Below the pieces are notes generated by a model. It searched no databases. It was not told the origin of the DNA and saw only the letters and a program-made list of their open reading frames with translations. 64,000 nucleotides of DNA from Felis catus (lineage: Eukaryota): positions 11,160,001-11,224,000 of the forward strand of contig NC_058368.1 in the NCBI RefSeq assembly GCF_018350175.1, given 5' to 3'. Numbering within the stretch: position 1 is the first letter of the stretch; each line of letters starts with the position of its first letter. Shown in pieces: positions 12,819 through 25,617 of this stretch. The position numbers and the translations under genes are program-made.

Positions 12819-13829
12819 ACTGTATTTCATTTGTTACGATCAGATGTGTTACATTTAAAATGAACTTGGGACATGTGAGAGCTGACAGTGGACAAATAAA
12901 TATTTCTAACTGTAAAAAATAAAATAATTCTTCGATGTGAAAGCACCCCCATCTTCTTCCTTTTACTTTCTTTGTTTCTTGTAACATCTTTAAGGATCTG
13001 TAAATAGGCAGCTATTGTATTACTTGTCACAAACAGCCAGATCATGGAACTGCTTTCCTTGCAATCTGGAAGAATTCCATGCTGCATTTCATTCTCTGGC
13101 GTATTCTCTTTATTTTGCAAGATTATTGGATTGTTGAGTGAAGCTGATGTTTGTGTGCACCAGAAATTAACACCATTAAATACTCGAAGGCATGCTTCAA
13201 ATTCCTGTCTTGCATCAGAGCCTAAAACCATTTGTAGTAAAGGGCTCAATTAAACAATGTGGATGGTGAACTGGATTGTAGCACAGAAGACTCATGGGTT
13301 TCAATCTTGATAAAGGGACTCTGATGTCTGCCTCAGATTTCCATGCCTGGATATTACAGATGTGTAGATCATATAAAATGCCTGTGACAGTGAACCCCAA
13401 CTGAGGCATCACTGGAGAGTGATTACTGGAGTGTATGAATTATGTAGTCAACTTGATTTCAGTGCTGTTTGCGTTGGAATTTCCTGGAGAAACTACCAGT
13501 AGCCTTTTTGTTGTGATTGATTGGTTGGAGTCTGTACGGGGGATTGATTAGACCCAACTGCCAAGGATTAACTCTGTGATGATAGAAAACACACAAAGAA
13601 ACAAACAATTCAAGCAAGTTTTACCTGTAAAGATGGAATTGACTTCCCTAACCGCTGAGTCATTACCCTGCTTTCGGAAATAGCTAGGAGATGATTTAGA
13701 AAGTTGAGGACTCAAGGCCACAAGCTAAAATTACATTTCTTAAGGGAGCTGTGGTTTTCATTCATTTCTTCTTGGTTCAGTGATGTTGCTCTGATGTCAA
13801 ACTCTGCTGCAGAAAAAAGCAGAGCCCAG

Positions 13830-13980
13830 GGGTGCCTGGGTGGCTCAGTCAGTTAAGTGTCCAACTTCAGCTCAAGTCATGATCTCACAGCTCGTGAGTT
13901 TGAGCCCTGCGTCGGGCTCTGTGCTGACAGGCTCTGTGCTCACATTAAAATTAAAAAAAAAAAAAGAAAGAAAGAAAGAA
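13830..13980 (+). mobile_element. Internally deleted CAN-SINE
   Basis: TSD agaaaaaagcagagcccag at 13811-13829 and 13981-13999; CT tract missing. Confidence 0.92.
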
Positions 13981-15399
13981 AGAAAAAAGCAGAGCCCAGA
14001 CTAGACTGGGCCAGAGGTGTGAGTGGGTGAGTGTGCTGTGACGTGAAGGAAGGGGCAACATGAAAAATGCTACAAGGAAGATCACTGACGTGTCCGACGT
14101 GTCTAGAAAAACAGCCACTTTCTGCTCATCCTCTTTGGTCTGAAAGCACCAAGGAGCCGAGGCCGGTCTGGTTGTCCAGAAGCGGTGTGCCAGGGAGCAC
14201 TTTGTGTTCTGTTGGTTTGCTAGGACTTCTTCACAGATGTCCTCCCAGACCTTTTCTTCACCTTCTGCTTTTTCCTCCCTTCCTTTATTCTTTGGTGTAA
14301 CATTGCCCGGATCCATTTATGTTATGATGCCTCCTGCCTTCCTCTACCGGCACAGCCCCATACTTCATGAAGCCTTCTCCTTCTTTCCAAACAGCCAGAC
14401 CCCAGGGCACTTCGCCTCCTTCCACTGTCGTTCCCATTTGTCTTCCCTTTCTATAAAGTCATCTCGCTCTGGGCTGTCAGCTACAGCCGCAAAACTGTGG
14501 GAAGACATCTTCGTTTGGACCTCACACAGGTTATCCTTTCTAAGATCTTGAATTGTCGCGATTAATACAACAGAGTAGGGTTGTGAAAAGGGCTCTGCAC
14601 TTAGGGGAGCTAAGCTCTAGTCTAGACTGTGCCCCTCAATGGCTGTGTGTTTTCTGGTCCACTCCACTGACCCTGTGGCCTTCAAGTGCATTATTTGTTT
14701 CTGCTCCACTTCCCCTCCTTGGGGGCAGTGACAACAGATAGGCTCTTTTCACCCTTCCAATGTTTCACTCGGGTCTTCAGTTGACAGGCTAGAGAGTTAC
14801 CTGGCCAAAGTTTGGGCAATACCGACTACTTGATTTCTAAATTCCTCTTTAATTAAACCGTGACTCCACTCTCAGGCAAGTTGGACTAACTTCTTTTTGC
14901 AGTGGATAACTGCAAATCCCACCAAAGCTCCTAAGCGTCACCTGAAAATGGAAATGTACATGGACTGTGATAACTGTTTCCGTTTTATACTGCTGTGTAG
15001 CTGCACACAATGAGCACATATGATGTATGTGGGACCTGAGAGTCAGAGAAACTAAGATGCATCTCGGAATTCATAACTGGCAAAACTAGGGCTCAGACCT
15101 GGGTATTTTGACTCCAGTGTTGAAGCTGTCTCCACTCTGTTACACTGCACTCCATTGTCAACTGTTGCTGTCTTTTTTCGGATGAGATTCAAGACTCGAA
15201 GAGATATCAGCGCTGCCCGGTGCATTCACTCTGACATATATACCATCAATGTCAGGTCTCGTGTTCAGTCCCATGCTGGACGGTTGACCGATTGGTTGAT
15301 CAGCCAATCATTCATTCATTCATCCATTCATTCATTCATGAAATATTTGTTTCATCCTTGCACTGTGTTAGGAATAGACCTTCAAGATTCTAACTGCAT

Positions 15400-16005
15400 A
15401 TTACCCTTCTCTTCTGTTGCCCACGTCTCCTCTACGGGCCATCTCATGCTCCAGAGAGCCATCCAGCCAAGATGCAAGTCTGTTTGTTTCATTCCCTTGC
15501 TTAAAATTCTCCAGTGGTTACCACTGCTCTTAGGATAAAGTCCGAACTCCTTAATGTGAAGTGTAAGAGACCTAATAATCTGATCACGGCTTCCCTCCCC
15601 AGCCCCTCTCAGCATACCTTCCCCTGGCATTCCAACCAACTCAGCCAACTTCCCACCTCCGTGGCCCCTCATGTTTCCTATTCTAGGGAACCCTACCTGC
15701 ATAGTCTCACCTAATTCCCACCCTGGCTTTAGGTGTCAGCTTGACATCCCTTCTTCTAGGAAGTTTTTCTGACCCCCACATCTGGGTTGGGTACATTCTC
15801 TGTCCTTCTCCTCCTCATAACACCTGGACTTTTCCCTATCACAGCACTTATCACACCGTATTGTAATTGTCTGTTTACTTGTCAGTATCTCCTACTAGCC
15901 AGTGAGCCATGGCTCATATCAGTCTCTTCACCATTGTATCCCCAGTACCTATCTCAATGCCTGGCACATAGTATGTGCTCAATAAATATTTATTCAGTTC
16001 ATTCA
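15400..16005 (+). mobile_element. L2 3' fragment
   Basis: Ends with the L2 terminus tgcctggcacatagtatgtgctcaataaatatt. Confidence 0.8.
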
Positions 16006-16100
16006 AAATGCACTGAACTGAATTAACTCTTGGCGTACCTTGTTTCCTCTGTCTTCTTCCAGACTCTCTGCTTGTGATTCTCCCTTACCTCCCAACACCC

Positions 16101-16121
16101 GCGTGCGTGCGCACACACACA

Positions 16122-16153
<32 letters not shown>
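16101..16153. repeat. (CA)n/(CG)n alternating purine-pyrimidine tract
   Basis: Directly visible. Confidence 0.95.
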
Positions 16154-16155
<2 letters not shown>

Positions 16156-16928
16156 CCTGTGTCCCTGTTATGCCCTTTGTTTCATTCCCCACCTGGGCTT
16201 TAAGGCCCAGTTAAAATCTTCTGTCTTCTTCAGCCACCCGCTCTTCTTCCTCTGACCTCTTTGAGTTCTCCTTTATGCTTACCACTTCCTTGGCCTCAGT
16301 ACTACGTAAAGCTGTAAGAAAAAGAGTGCTTCCTGGCATTGTGTTCCATTGTCTTAGTCGTAAATGGGCTCAGTGGTCACTTTGTTACTTTGTGGCAACT
16401 GTTAAGCTTTTGTTTATATAGAAATTCTTTGGAAATAGGGACTGACTGTATCTTATATGCCTTTGCATGGCCCAGTTGTCCAGGAGAGGGAATTGCGCAT
16501 AGTAAGTGTTCAGCCAACATCTGGTGGTTCAGTAACTCATTTTCTGTGCTGCCGTGTCCATTCTGTGGAGTCTGAGTCTAGCTGCAGCAAAGAACTAGTT
16601 GGCCTATAGAGACTGTAACAGGGGAAGGTCTTTTTACTGCCTTTCATCATTTTAAGAACTCCTGAGAGGGGGAAAAACGCAGGTATCCCTTGTCTCAGTG
16701 TGTAATTCATTCATTGAAACCTGTGTTAGGATTCTGCTGTCTACCAAGAACTATCCTAGACTTTGGGGAGATCGCAGATAGTCTGTTTCTGGTCTAAGCG
16801 AATAGGAAAGAATTTTCCTAGCTGGGTGCCTTGCGTATTGTACAACTCAGTAAATGCCTCCCGAATAAAGGAACTGAGAGCACTGAATCTTTAAAAGGAA
16901 AACCAATGCATTTTAAGATCATATGTGC

Positions 16929-17153
16929 GGGGCGCCGGGGTGGCGCAGTCGGTTGAGCGTCCGACTTCAGCCAGGTCACGATCTCGCAGTCCGTGAGTTC
17001 GAGCCCCACGTCGGGCTCTGGGCTGATGGCTCAGAGCCTGGAGCCTGTTTCCGATTCTGTGTCTCCCTCTCTCTCTGCCCCTCCCCCGTTCATGCTCTGT
17101 CTCTCTCTGTCCCAGAAATAAATAAACATTGAAAAAAAAATTAAAAAAAAAAA
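16929..17153 (+). mobile_element. Young felid CAN-SINE
   Basis: CpGs intact; perfect TSD aagatcatatgtgc at 16915-16928 and 17154-17167. Confidence 0.97.
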
Positions 17154-17210
17154 AAGATCATATGTGCACATTAAATACTAACCAGTTTTCTTCCCTTAAA
17201 GAAGACTCAA

Positions 17211-17407
17211 GGGGCGCCTAGGTGGCTCGCTCGTCGGTTAAGCGTCCGACTCTCGATTGTGGCTCAGGTCATGATCTCACAGTTCGTGAGTTCGAGCCCT
17301 GCATCAGCAGTGCAGAGCCCACGTGGGCTTCTCTCTCCCCCTCTCCTGCTCCTGCGTGTGCACGTGCTCTTTCAAAATAAACACATAAACAAAACAAAAC
17401 ACAACAG
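17211..17407 (+). mobile_element. CAN-SINE
   Basis: TSD aaagaag(a/c)ctcaa at 17198-17210 and 17408-17420. Confidence 0.92.
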
Positions 17408-17419
17408 AAAGAAGCCTCA

Positions 17420-17945
17420 ACAACCGAAGCTCGAGCTGAAGTTCTGGCATCTCGCCGGGGCTCACGAGGCGCAGTGTCGCGCGTGTGTCTCTAGCAAGCA
17501 CCAGCCTGGCCTCCCTGTCCTCCTGAAAGAGCTCGGCAGCTTGCTAGCGGTAGGCTCGGCTCAGTGAAAGAAAGGGAGGAGAGAGAAGTTGTCCCCACCG
17601 ACACCGTCCCCGTAAGCGTGTCAGATTAAAATGAGCGGCCCGTCCTGCACCTGGAAGCCAGCGGGGCTCAGGTGCCCGGTTGAACGGGTTGTTCGCTTAG
17701 CGCTCGGAGGCAGACAGGGTGGTCTGTATAACCAGCCAGTTCTGAAAATGCCTTCGCCACGTCGACAGTCAGCTGTTGGGAAAAGCAAAGCCCTCCTCCT
17801 CTCGGAGGAAGCAGGCGGTTCCACAATGCTTCCTTGTCGCTTAGTCAGAGGGCAGCGCGACGGGGACTGCTCGGGGCCGGGAGGAGGAGGGAACGCGGAG
17901 CAGCCCCCAGAAGGCAGCTGGACCAGCATTTGGCCCGTCCGGATT
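17420..17945. promoter_or_regulatory. CpG-retaining GC-rich patch, candidate intronic enhancer or alternative promoter
   Basis: Unique GC-rich sequence with many CpGs, several E-boxes and an AP-1-like TTAGTCA near 17841. Confidence 0.45.
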
Positions 17946-18406
17946 CTCATTTCTGGCTCACCTCCTTTCCAAAGGCATGTTTGTTTTCAAGTCCACAGTC
18001 TAAAAAAATGTTATTTAAAATCATGTTATTTTTATAATCGAATGGACTTGGAACATTTCTAAAGTCAGACTGCTTTTTTTTTTTTCTTTTGCTTGCTGTA
18101 TGGAGGTTTCTGCTGGAAACTCAAGGGAGTCATTTGCACGAGGGCACCTAGATGTGCTCCTGCTTCCCTTGAGGGTGGCCAGAAGGAGACTTTGAGGATG
18201 GGCAGTTTGCTTCAGGTGCCCTACTTATCACAGGCACAGCAAAAGACACTGTAATTAAGCATGCCTCCTCAAGCACTGTGTTCTCTGCTAGAGTTGTACC
18301 CTTCCAGAACCTGCTGACTAGCACATCTGGTGACATTTCAGCAGGCCTTCAAGAGAGGGAGAACTTCGGGCCTCCTTAAAGATGTGCTATTAAAAGATTG
18401 CGTCCT

Positions 18407-18620
18407 GGGGCGCCTGGGTGGCTCCGTTGGGTAAGCGTCCGACTTCAGCTCAGGTCGTGGTCTCAAGGTTGGTGAGTTCAAGCCCCACATCGGGCTCCAT
18501 GCGGAGAGCATGAAGCCTCCTTGGGATTCTCTCTCTCTCTCTCTGCCCCTCCCCTACCTGTTGTGCCATCTCTCTCTCTCTCTCTCTCTCTCACTCAAAA
18601 TAAGTGAATAAACTTAAAAC
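18407..18620 (+). mobile_element. CAN-SINE
   Basis: Full structure; flanking direct repeat tgcgtcctggg. Confidence 0.93.
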
Positions 18621-19275
18621 AAAAGCCTGCGTCCTGGGATCATGTTCTGTTGTCACAGGTTGTGAGTAGGCTCAGTGGCTCTACTCAGTAATGACAGGAA
18701 CCATACTTCACACACCCCGGTATTCCCCACAACACCCACTCGCAGGCTTTGCCTATGTGGGCAAGAGGTGGTGAAACAGTCCAGCAGGGCAGAAGATGTG
18801 CGAGAATACACGTGTCACGACCACTCTGTGGGCCGCACGCCTGCCCATCTGGTCCTGTGACTTCCTCCGGCTGCTTCCACGGCAGGCCATGTCCAGGGGC
18901 CAAAGCAGAGGGAGCCTCAAAGGCAACACTTTGAACTTCTGTTTTAGCCAAAGCATTTCGCAGAGTAAATACCTGCCTCACAGCTGAGTTCAAGTGCTGA
19001 TCCTCCCTCTCACTAAATGATTAAAGTCACTTCGTCTCTCAGAACTTATTTCCTTCTCTGGAAACACCAGTCTCACGGGTTGTGGTAAGCTCGAACGGGG
19101 TAACGCATGGCTATAAGATGATACACAACTGTGATCGCCACAGTGCTCTTTGGTGCCAGTAAAGGTTTTGTTTTTCATGATTAGTGCTTTTCCTATTCAT
19201 GGGTGGAGAGTGGGTATGATTGTAACACTTCACAAACTTCATGGTTGGGAAGTTCTCCAAAGTGTGTTTAGTGTT

Positions 19276-19493
19276 TTTTTGTTTTTTTATGTTTTTTAAA
19301 AAATATTTATTTGTTTTTGAGAGAGAGAGAGAGAGCAGGGGAGGGGCAGAGAGAGAGAGACAGAATCTGTAGCAGGCTCCCAGCTCTGAGCTGTCAGCAC
19401 AGAGCCCGACGCGGGGCTCGAACTCACAAACTGCGAGATCATGACCCGAGCCGAAGTCAGACGCTTAAACCGACTGAGCCACCCAGGCGTCCC
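19276..19493 (-). mobile_element. CAN-SINE
   Basis: Antisense full structure. Confidence 0.95.
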
Positions 19494-20649
19494 TCCAAAA
19501 TGTTTAATCAAGACCTTTGCTCATGTAAATCCGATATAAGACGACACTAGTAAAAGATCCATTAATTTTAATTTTCTCATAAAAAGAGGAGGACATAGAA
19601 ACTCTTCTTTGTTGATACATTACCCACGTATTTTCTTACCATGAATCGCTGAACTTGAGAGTATGGTCATGTAAAGCCTCTGAAAATTGTTTAATATTAC
19701 AAACATCAATGTCTGTGTTTTATAAACTTGTAGCCTTGCCATGTTTAATATTTTTACCTAATTTTGCCCTATTTAAGGCCCTGCTTTTGGAAACTCAGTC
19801 CTTATGCTATTTTTTTTAAGCTAAAACTCAGAATAGGAAGATAATTGGTTTGCACTTGTGATGTTAAAAAATCACTTCCATGGAGGATTGTAAATGAATT
19901 CACCACTTGAAATGGATCTTTTTAAATATTGGTGTTTAGACTTCAAAATCTCTTGAAGGTCAGCACTTAACATGTTGACTTAGACTATTTAACAATCTTT
20001 ATGGCATTTCTTATTAAACACTACTAGTGCGGCAGAAACAGGTAGCCCTTACTTAAATAATCAGATTTATTTATTGGACAAGTTTCTTAAAGGGGATGAA
20101 GTTTCTGTTCCTGTTTTGCTTTGTTTTCTAAAAAGAAAATGGCAACAAACCTTTAATTAGATTATTAGTGGTAAACCAGTTACTATAAGGAGCACAAAAA
20201 TGCTGATACTGTAATATTTATATGCATGATTTAAAAGCAAGGGGAAATATGTTTTACTTTTATGCAAGGGACCGAGTGTACCCAGCATAAGCGGAAGGCA
20301 TTAGATTTATAGCTCCACTTCAGGCATTGGTCCCTGTCATAAAAAAGAAAAAAAAAATTAAAAATACAGGTTTCTGAATTCAGAACTTACTGTATAAGTA
20401 TGTTGAAACACTTAAACACTTCTGCCGTAAAAGCAGTTCCTCTCCGTTTGTTGATTTACAGCAAATGTGCAACTTTACAGATTTGAGTTTCCATACACTT
20501 TTCCCCCCATTGTCAATAATGCTCTAAATACGTATTCACATTGAGACTAATGAAAATATTACCTATTTTTACATCCGTATAATTTGATGCTTACTCAGTA
20601 TACTTCAGTGGTGATTTGTAAACAGTTTTATTATTTTTTAAAAGGGTTT

Positions 20650-20880
20650 TTGTGTTTTTAAAATTTTTTTTAATGTTTATTTGTTTTTGAGAGAGAGAGA
20701 GAGAGACGGAATGTGAGCAGGGAAGGGGCAGAGAGAGGGAGACACAGAATCCGAAGCAGGCTCCAGGCTCTGAGCAAGCGGTCAGTACAGAGCCCGACCT
20801 GGGACTGGAACTCACCAGCCGTGAGATCATGACCTGAGCCGAAGTCAGACGCTTAACCGACTGAGCCACCCAGGCACCCC
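20650..20880 (-). mobile_element. CAN-SINE
   Basis: Antisense full structure. Confidence 0.95.
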
Positions 20881-21127
20881 GTTTTTGAGCATTTTTAACT
20901 GTTTGCATAAATAATGTATTTTCAACAACTGTTTAGGATGGGAATGGCCCACCAGGTACTCAGTTACATGAGAAACCACCATCCCGCCCACATTCTTTCC
21001 CTCCAAATACTTTGGGACTACCTATCTAAAGGATGTTTGCCTTCAAATTTCAATTAGGATACCTCTGGTCTTTCTTTACAATCTAGAAAAATACAGATTT
21101 GGGAGTAGGGGGTTACAAAATGAGATG

Positions 21128-21360
21128 AGGGGTGCCTGGGTGGCTCAGTCAATTAAATGTCTGACTGGGGCTCAGGTCATGATCTCATGGTTCACGAGTT
21201 CGAGCCCCGCATCAGGCTCTGTGCTGACGGCTCAGAGCCTGGAGCCTGCTTTGGATTCTGTGTCTCCCTCTCTCTCTCTGCCCCTCCCCTGCTCACACTC
21301 TGTCTCTCTCTTTCTCAAAAAAATAAATAAACATTTAAAAATTAAAAAAACAAAACAAAA
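21128..21360 (+). mobile_element. CAN-SINE
   Basis: Full structure; flanking repeat aaaa(t/c)gagatga. Confidence 0.95.
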
Positions 21361-22159
21361 ACGAGATGAAACAGGTAGTTAGTTTCAGGTGATGTGCATG
21401 TGCAAACTCTCATCAGAAGGCAGTTAGGGTATTTTTCAGTCACAATTTGAAAACCTTTCCCTCCCATGTGGGTCATGAGTTAACTTTTTTGTGCTGAGCA
21501 GCTGACTGTCAGATGTACTTCTGAATATCCTGGAAACATCAGAAGTAACGTCCAGATGTACCTCTGAGCATCCCAACATCCAGAGCCCAAAGACAGAGGA
21601 GGCACAAGGAGGATGGTCATTAGATCAGATTCACCCATGGTGCTGCCTCTGCTCTCAAATACCACACGTCTCTCCCCCCACCCCCCGCCACCTCCACCGA
21701 CCCTGACACTTAGGAAAGACTAAAGTCATCTTAGTGGATAATCAATGCTAGATGGCATTGTAGAGTAATTAGGGGCAAGAAAGACACAATTGAAAGAAAC
21801 ATTCTTTGGTCGTAAGTATTGAAGTAGGTGCCCAATGGTAGCCGGAAGATACCCTCGAGAAAGACTACCACATCTATTCAACAAAAATCTAAACTCTCTT
21901 GCTAAATGAATGTCTCTTAGGTGCAAAACACTGCAAGGAGTGGATGGTGGTTAAGGAACGGATACACAGTAATTTGTTGGCATATCTAATTTTTTACTAG
22001 GAAAGCAGGGGGCATTAATTTGAGCACTCACGCTCCTCTGGCAACCGATATTTAAGCCTCTGTGTTGCACCAGCTAATGGCCATCGTGACACTGTCATCT
22101 GGCACAGAAGCCCTAATTGGCGATGAAGCATCGCCCTCCAGGAAAGTCCCAGGGGATCT

Positions 22160-22250
22160 TGCTTCTCCTCCTCCTTCTCCTCACCCTCCTCCTTCTCACC
22201 CTCTTCCTCACCCTCCTTCTCCTCCTCTTCTTCCTCCTCCCCCTCCTGCT
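22160..22250. repeat. (CCT)n-like polypyrimidine low-complexity tract
   Basis: Directly visible. Confidence 0.9.
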
Positions 22251-22574
22251 CTGGGTTTCTCTGCCAGGGCTTTGTTCCTTTTTGTAATTTGTGCCTCTTT
22301 TCTGAGCCCTATATAAAAAAAAAAAAACAGCTAGGTAGGAAAGAGTCATAAGTTGAAGGTCCCTCCCTGAGGCCCAACTCAGCAAGGGTTTTCCAGTCCT
22401 TTGAGATATTTGAACTCCTGTGTAACTAAGGGAATATTAACTTATCAATTTAGGGCAGAGTGCGGAGGCCCAGACTACCCATCCCCAGGTCCTAACCCCT
22501 GCTCAGAACCACAGGGTTAAACACTAGGACTCTCCCTGCCACCTCTTGATCATTTTTTTTAAATGGTAACAATG

Positions 22575-22945
22575 TGTTATGGACTGAATGTCTGTGCCCC
22601 GCACCCCCAAATTCATATGTCGAAGCCACAATCCCCAGTTGATGGTATTTGGAGATGAGACTCTGGGAGGCAGTGAGGCCATGAGAGTGGAGTCGTTATG
22701 AAAGCACTTAGTGCCCTTATAAGAAGAGACGCAAGAGAGATGATCTCTCTGTCTCTCTCTGCCATGTGAGGACACAGTGAGAAAGCAGCCATCGCAAACC
22801 AGGAAGAAGGCCCTCACCAGACATCAAATTAGTCAGCACCTTGACCTTAGGCTTCCAAGTCTCCAGAACTGTGAGAAACGAATATTTGTTGTATAAACTA
22901 CCCCGTCTACAGTAATTTGTTACAGCAGCCTAAACTGACTAAGCC
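22575..22945 (+). mobile_element. MaLR solo LTR (MLT1A-like)
   Basis: Starts tgttatggactgaatgt; contains gccatgtgaggacacagtgagaa and ccagaactgtgagaaa; ends ttacagcagcctaaactgactaag. Confidence 0.88.
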
Positions 22946-24196
22946 TCAGGGCTGGTTGCAGGCAGCCAACTGAATGAATGAGAAACCTTAAAAATAAAAG
23001 CTTATAAACAATGCAAGTTATACTATAAAATATACAGAAACGTCCAATGAATAAAATTCAGTGAACGTTCTTCATGAGACTTAATGCTGCACCGAAATTG
23101 CATTAATCAAAAACAGGATAAAATGTAAGTACTGTACTTATTTTCTTTGGTTATCGAATCACAGAAATATTATCAAATGTAATTACTTGTGATAAAGATG
23201 TCACAAACTACTACATAGTTATTTAAGTAGAAGGAAATGCGTTTTTGGAAAGTGATAAACGTCCCAAAGTTATGGCCCTGCACTTTGTCTTAATTTCTGC
23301 TAAAATAGGGTTTTGTTGTTTCCGATACGCCCATGCTGTTCAGTCAGTCCTTCTTCAACAGAGTTGGTGACTAAAATCTGTATGCTTAACCGAGCTTGAC
23401 TAATATTTGTAATGATAGAAGCCATTTTATTGGCAGTAAATCGGCTTCTGATTCCTACAGCAAACACTCCCACACACACAAACGTGGATGGGCAGGAAGA
23501 AAAAGGAAGTGATGCAGAATGATATTCTCCATAGACAACCTAAAATGAAAACACAAAATCTGCATCGAGGGGTGATGATAGCAGGTGAGGGCGATGCGGA
23601 AGAAATGCATCAGGAAGTTGTCTAACATGCCCAGCAGAGAGCACTTAAAAAGAAAAAAAGTGAAAAGAAATTAATGTGACATCCCCATATACAGTCACCT
23701 CCCACAGCAAGGACTATGCGAGGTGGTTTTTATTTTGAAGATTTCACGGCTACGGACAGGGCAAGACCACTCGCAGGTACGAAACTGGCTTTGGTGTTGT
23801 GTTTGGGAAGTGGATGGAAGTTTTGTTTCATCCTTTCTCCTAAAGGACAACGAAGGATTATAACCTGACCAGTGCCTCTGAGGGATTTACAAGACAGTGG
23901 ACCAGAGGGGAGAGGGGGTGGAGCGGGAAGAGAGAGAGAGAGAAGCCCCGAAGAGTTGATTGGATTCTCGTATTTTCACACTCCTCCCTGAAAGGCACCC
24001 TCGCTCAGTCTCTACATGATAACTTAAAAAAACAAACAAAAAAACAAAACAAAAACAAAACCCCACAATATCTGGATCTAGCTTACTTATATTTGGGCAG
24101 CAGGGGTAGAAATTACTATATGAAATTTTGATGTTCAGACAGAAGTCTGGCCTTGCACGTTGTTTTCATTACATTTGAAAATGCAGCGTGTACCTC

Positions 24197-24233
<37 letters not shown>
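24197..24233. repeat. (CAA)n microsatellite
   Basis: Directly visible. Confidence 0.97.
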
Positions 24234-24234
<1 letters not shown>

Positions 24235-25375
24235 AAGAAAATACAGTGTGTAGGAGCATATAGAAAAATCTACTCTAAAACCCACCACCTTCTTTTAGAA
24301 GCTAGAGTAGAGGGGTATAGTGTTTGTTTTGCTTCTTTAGATAAGTGTGGACGTTGAAGGCTATGAGACACTGTAAAATAGCTTACTATGTAAACGTTCT
24401 ACACAAAGTACAGATTAATCAGCCCATGGGAATTCTGCCCATACCCTAAAATATCTGTAAGCCCCTAATTTCTTATACTCAACAGTTATGATCTTAAGGG
24501 ACCGCATTGCTGTCTGCTCTTGTTGCTGAATGAGGGGCGTACAACATCTTTTTAAGTGTGGCATAATAAACTATTGCATTTGTTAGGAATTAAAATAAAA
24601 GTTTTAATTTGAAAGACAATGCATCTCAAAGTGGCAACGCTTCTCTGAACAACTTCTAAGAATTGTGATCAGGTGAGAGGAACATCTCGCTTTCAAAACT
24701 GTCCATTTCGTTACTGGGAAAACGAGAAGTGCACCCATCTTTAAATCATATGAGTTCGTCAAGCCTGCATCTTGCCTACTCCAGACATCAATGAGCTGTC
24801 TCAGTTTGTCATCATTGTCGTTTTAACCAGTGATAGGGCATCTGAAACCTCTGTGGCATTTCCTCAAAAGTTTAACTCCCTCCTAGTTATCCTACAGCTG
24901 TGCCTTTAGTCCTGGAGATTTACTATTTTTTCAGAGCTCAGACTAAAAAGGACCTTGGCGGTTGTGCCGTTGAAGAATCTAGACAAGAAAATAGCTCACT
25001 TGGTAGTCAGCACAGTAAAGAATCAGAGAATCATCAAATTTTGGACCTGAAAAAAGACTTGGAATCTAATTCAATGCACTCATTTTACAGATGAAATAAC
25101 AGACCTACACAGACAGTTTGCACTGGGGGCCTCCTGCTTCCCAGTCTAATCTTCATGACATCACCACAGAAACCTACATTAAGAACCTCTGCAGTCATTT
25201 TTTACAGAGAGAGTGAGGAGAAAATGACACTCACAGCTTTCCTTTCCACAGGGTCCCAGAGGCAAGCAATCCACGCACCAACCTGCTTATTCAACCTCCA
25301 CATGTCCGCCATGTTGTACACTGTGTTGGGGCGGGGGTGGTAGGTCAGGTTGGAAGTTTTAAAAAGTACATGTCT

Positions 25376-25617
25376 GGGGCTCCTGGGTGGCTCAGTCGGT
25401 TGAGCGTCCGACTTCGGCTCAGGTCATGATCTCACAGCTCGTGGGTTTGAGCCCTGCATCGGGCTCTGTGCTGATGGCTCAGAGCCTGGAGCCTGCTTTG
25501 GATTCTGTGTCTCCCTCTCTCTCTGCCCCTCCGCTGCTCATGCTCTGTCTCTCTCTCTGTCTCTCTCTGTCTCTCTCTCTCTCAAAAATAAATAAACATT
25601 AAAAAAATTAAAAAGAA
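25376..25617 (+). mobile_element. CAN-SINE
   Basis: TSD aaaaagtacatgtc at 25361-25374 and 25618-25631. Confidence 0.96.

Noticed and set aside
12746..12858. Poly-Lys C-terminal extension of the 12445 ORF
   Set aside because: It lies after the splice donor and reads through an intronic poly(A) tract.
17621..18062. 109-143 aa ORFs on both strands
   Set aside because: GC-rich regulatory-like DNA is depleted of stop codons; no recognisable protein or splice framework.
24160..24357. Poly-Q ORF
   Set aside because: (CAA)n microsatellite with no exon context.
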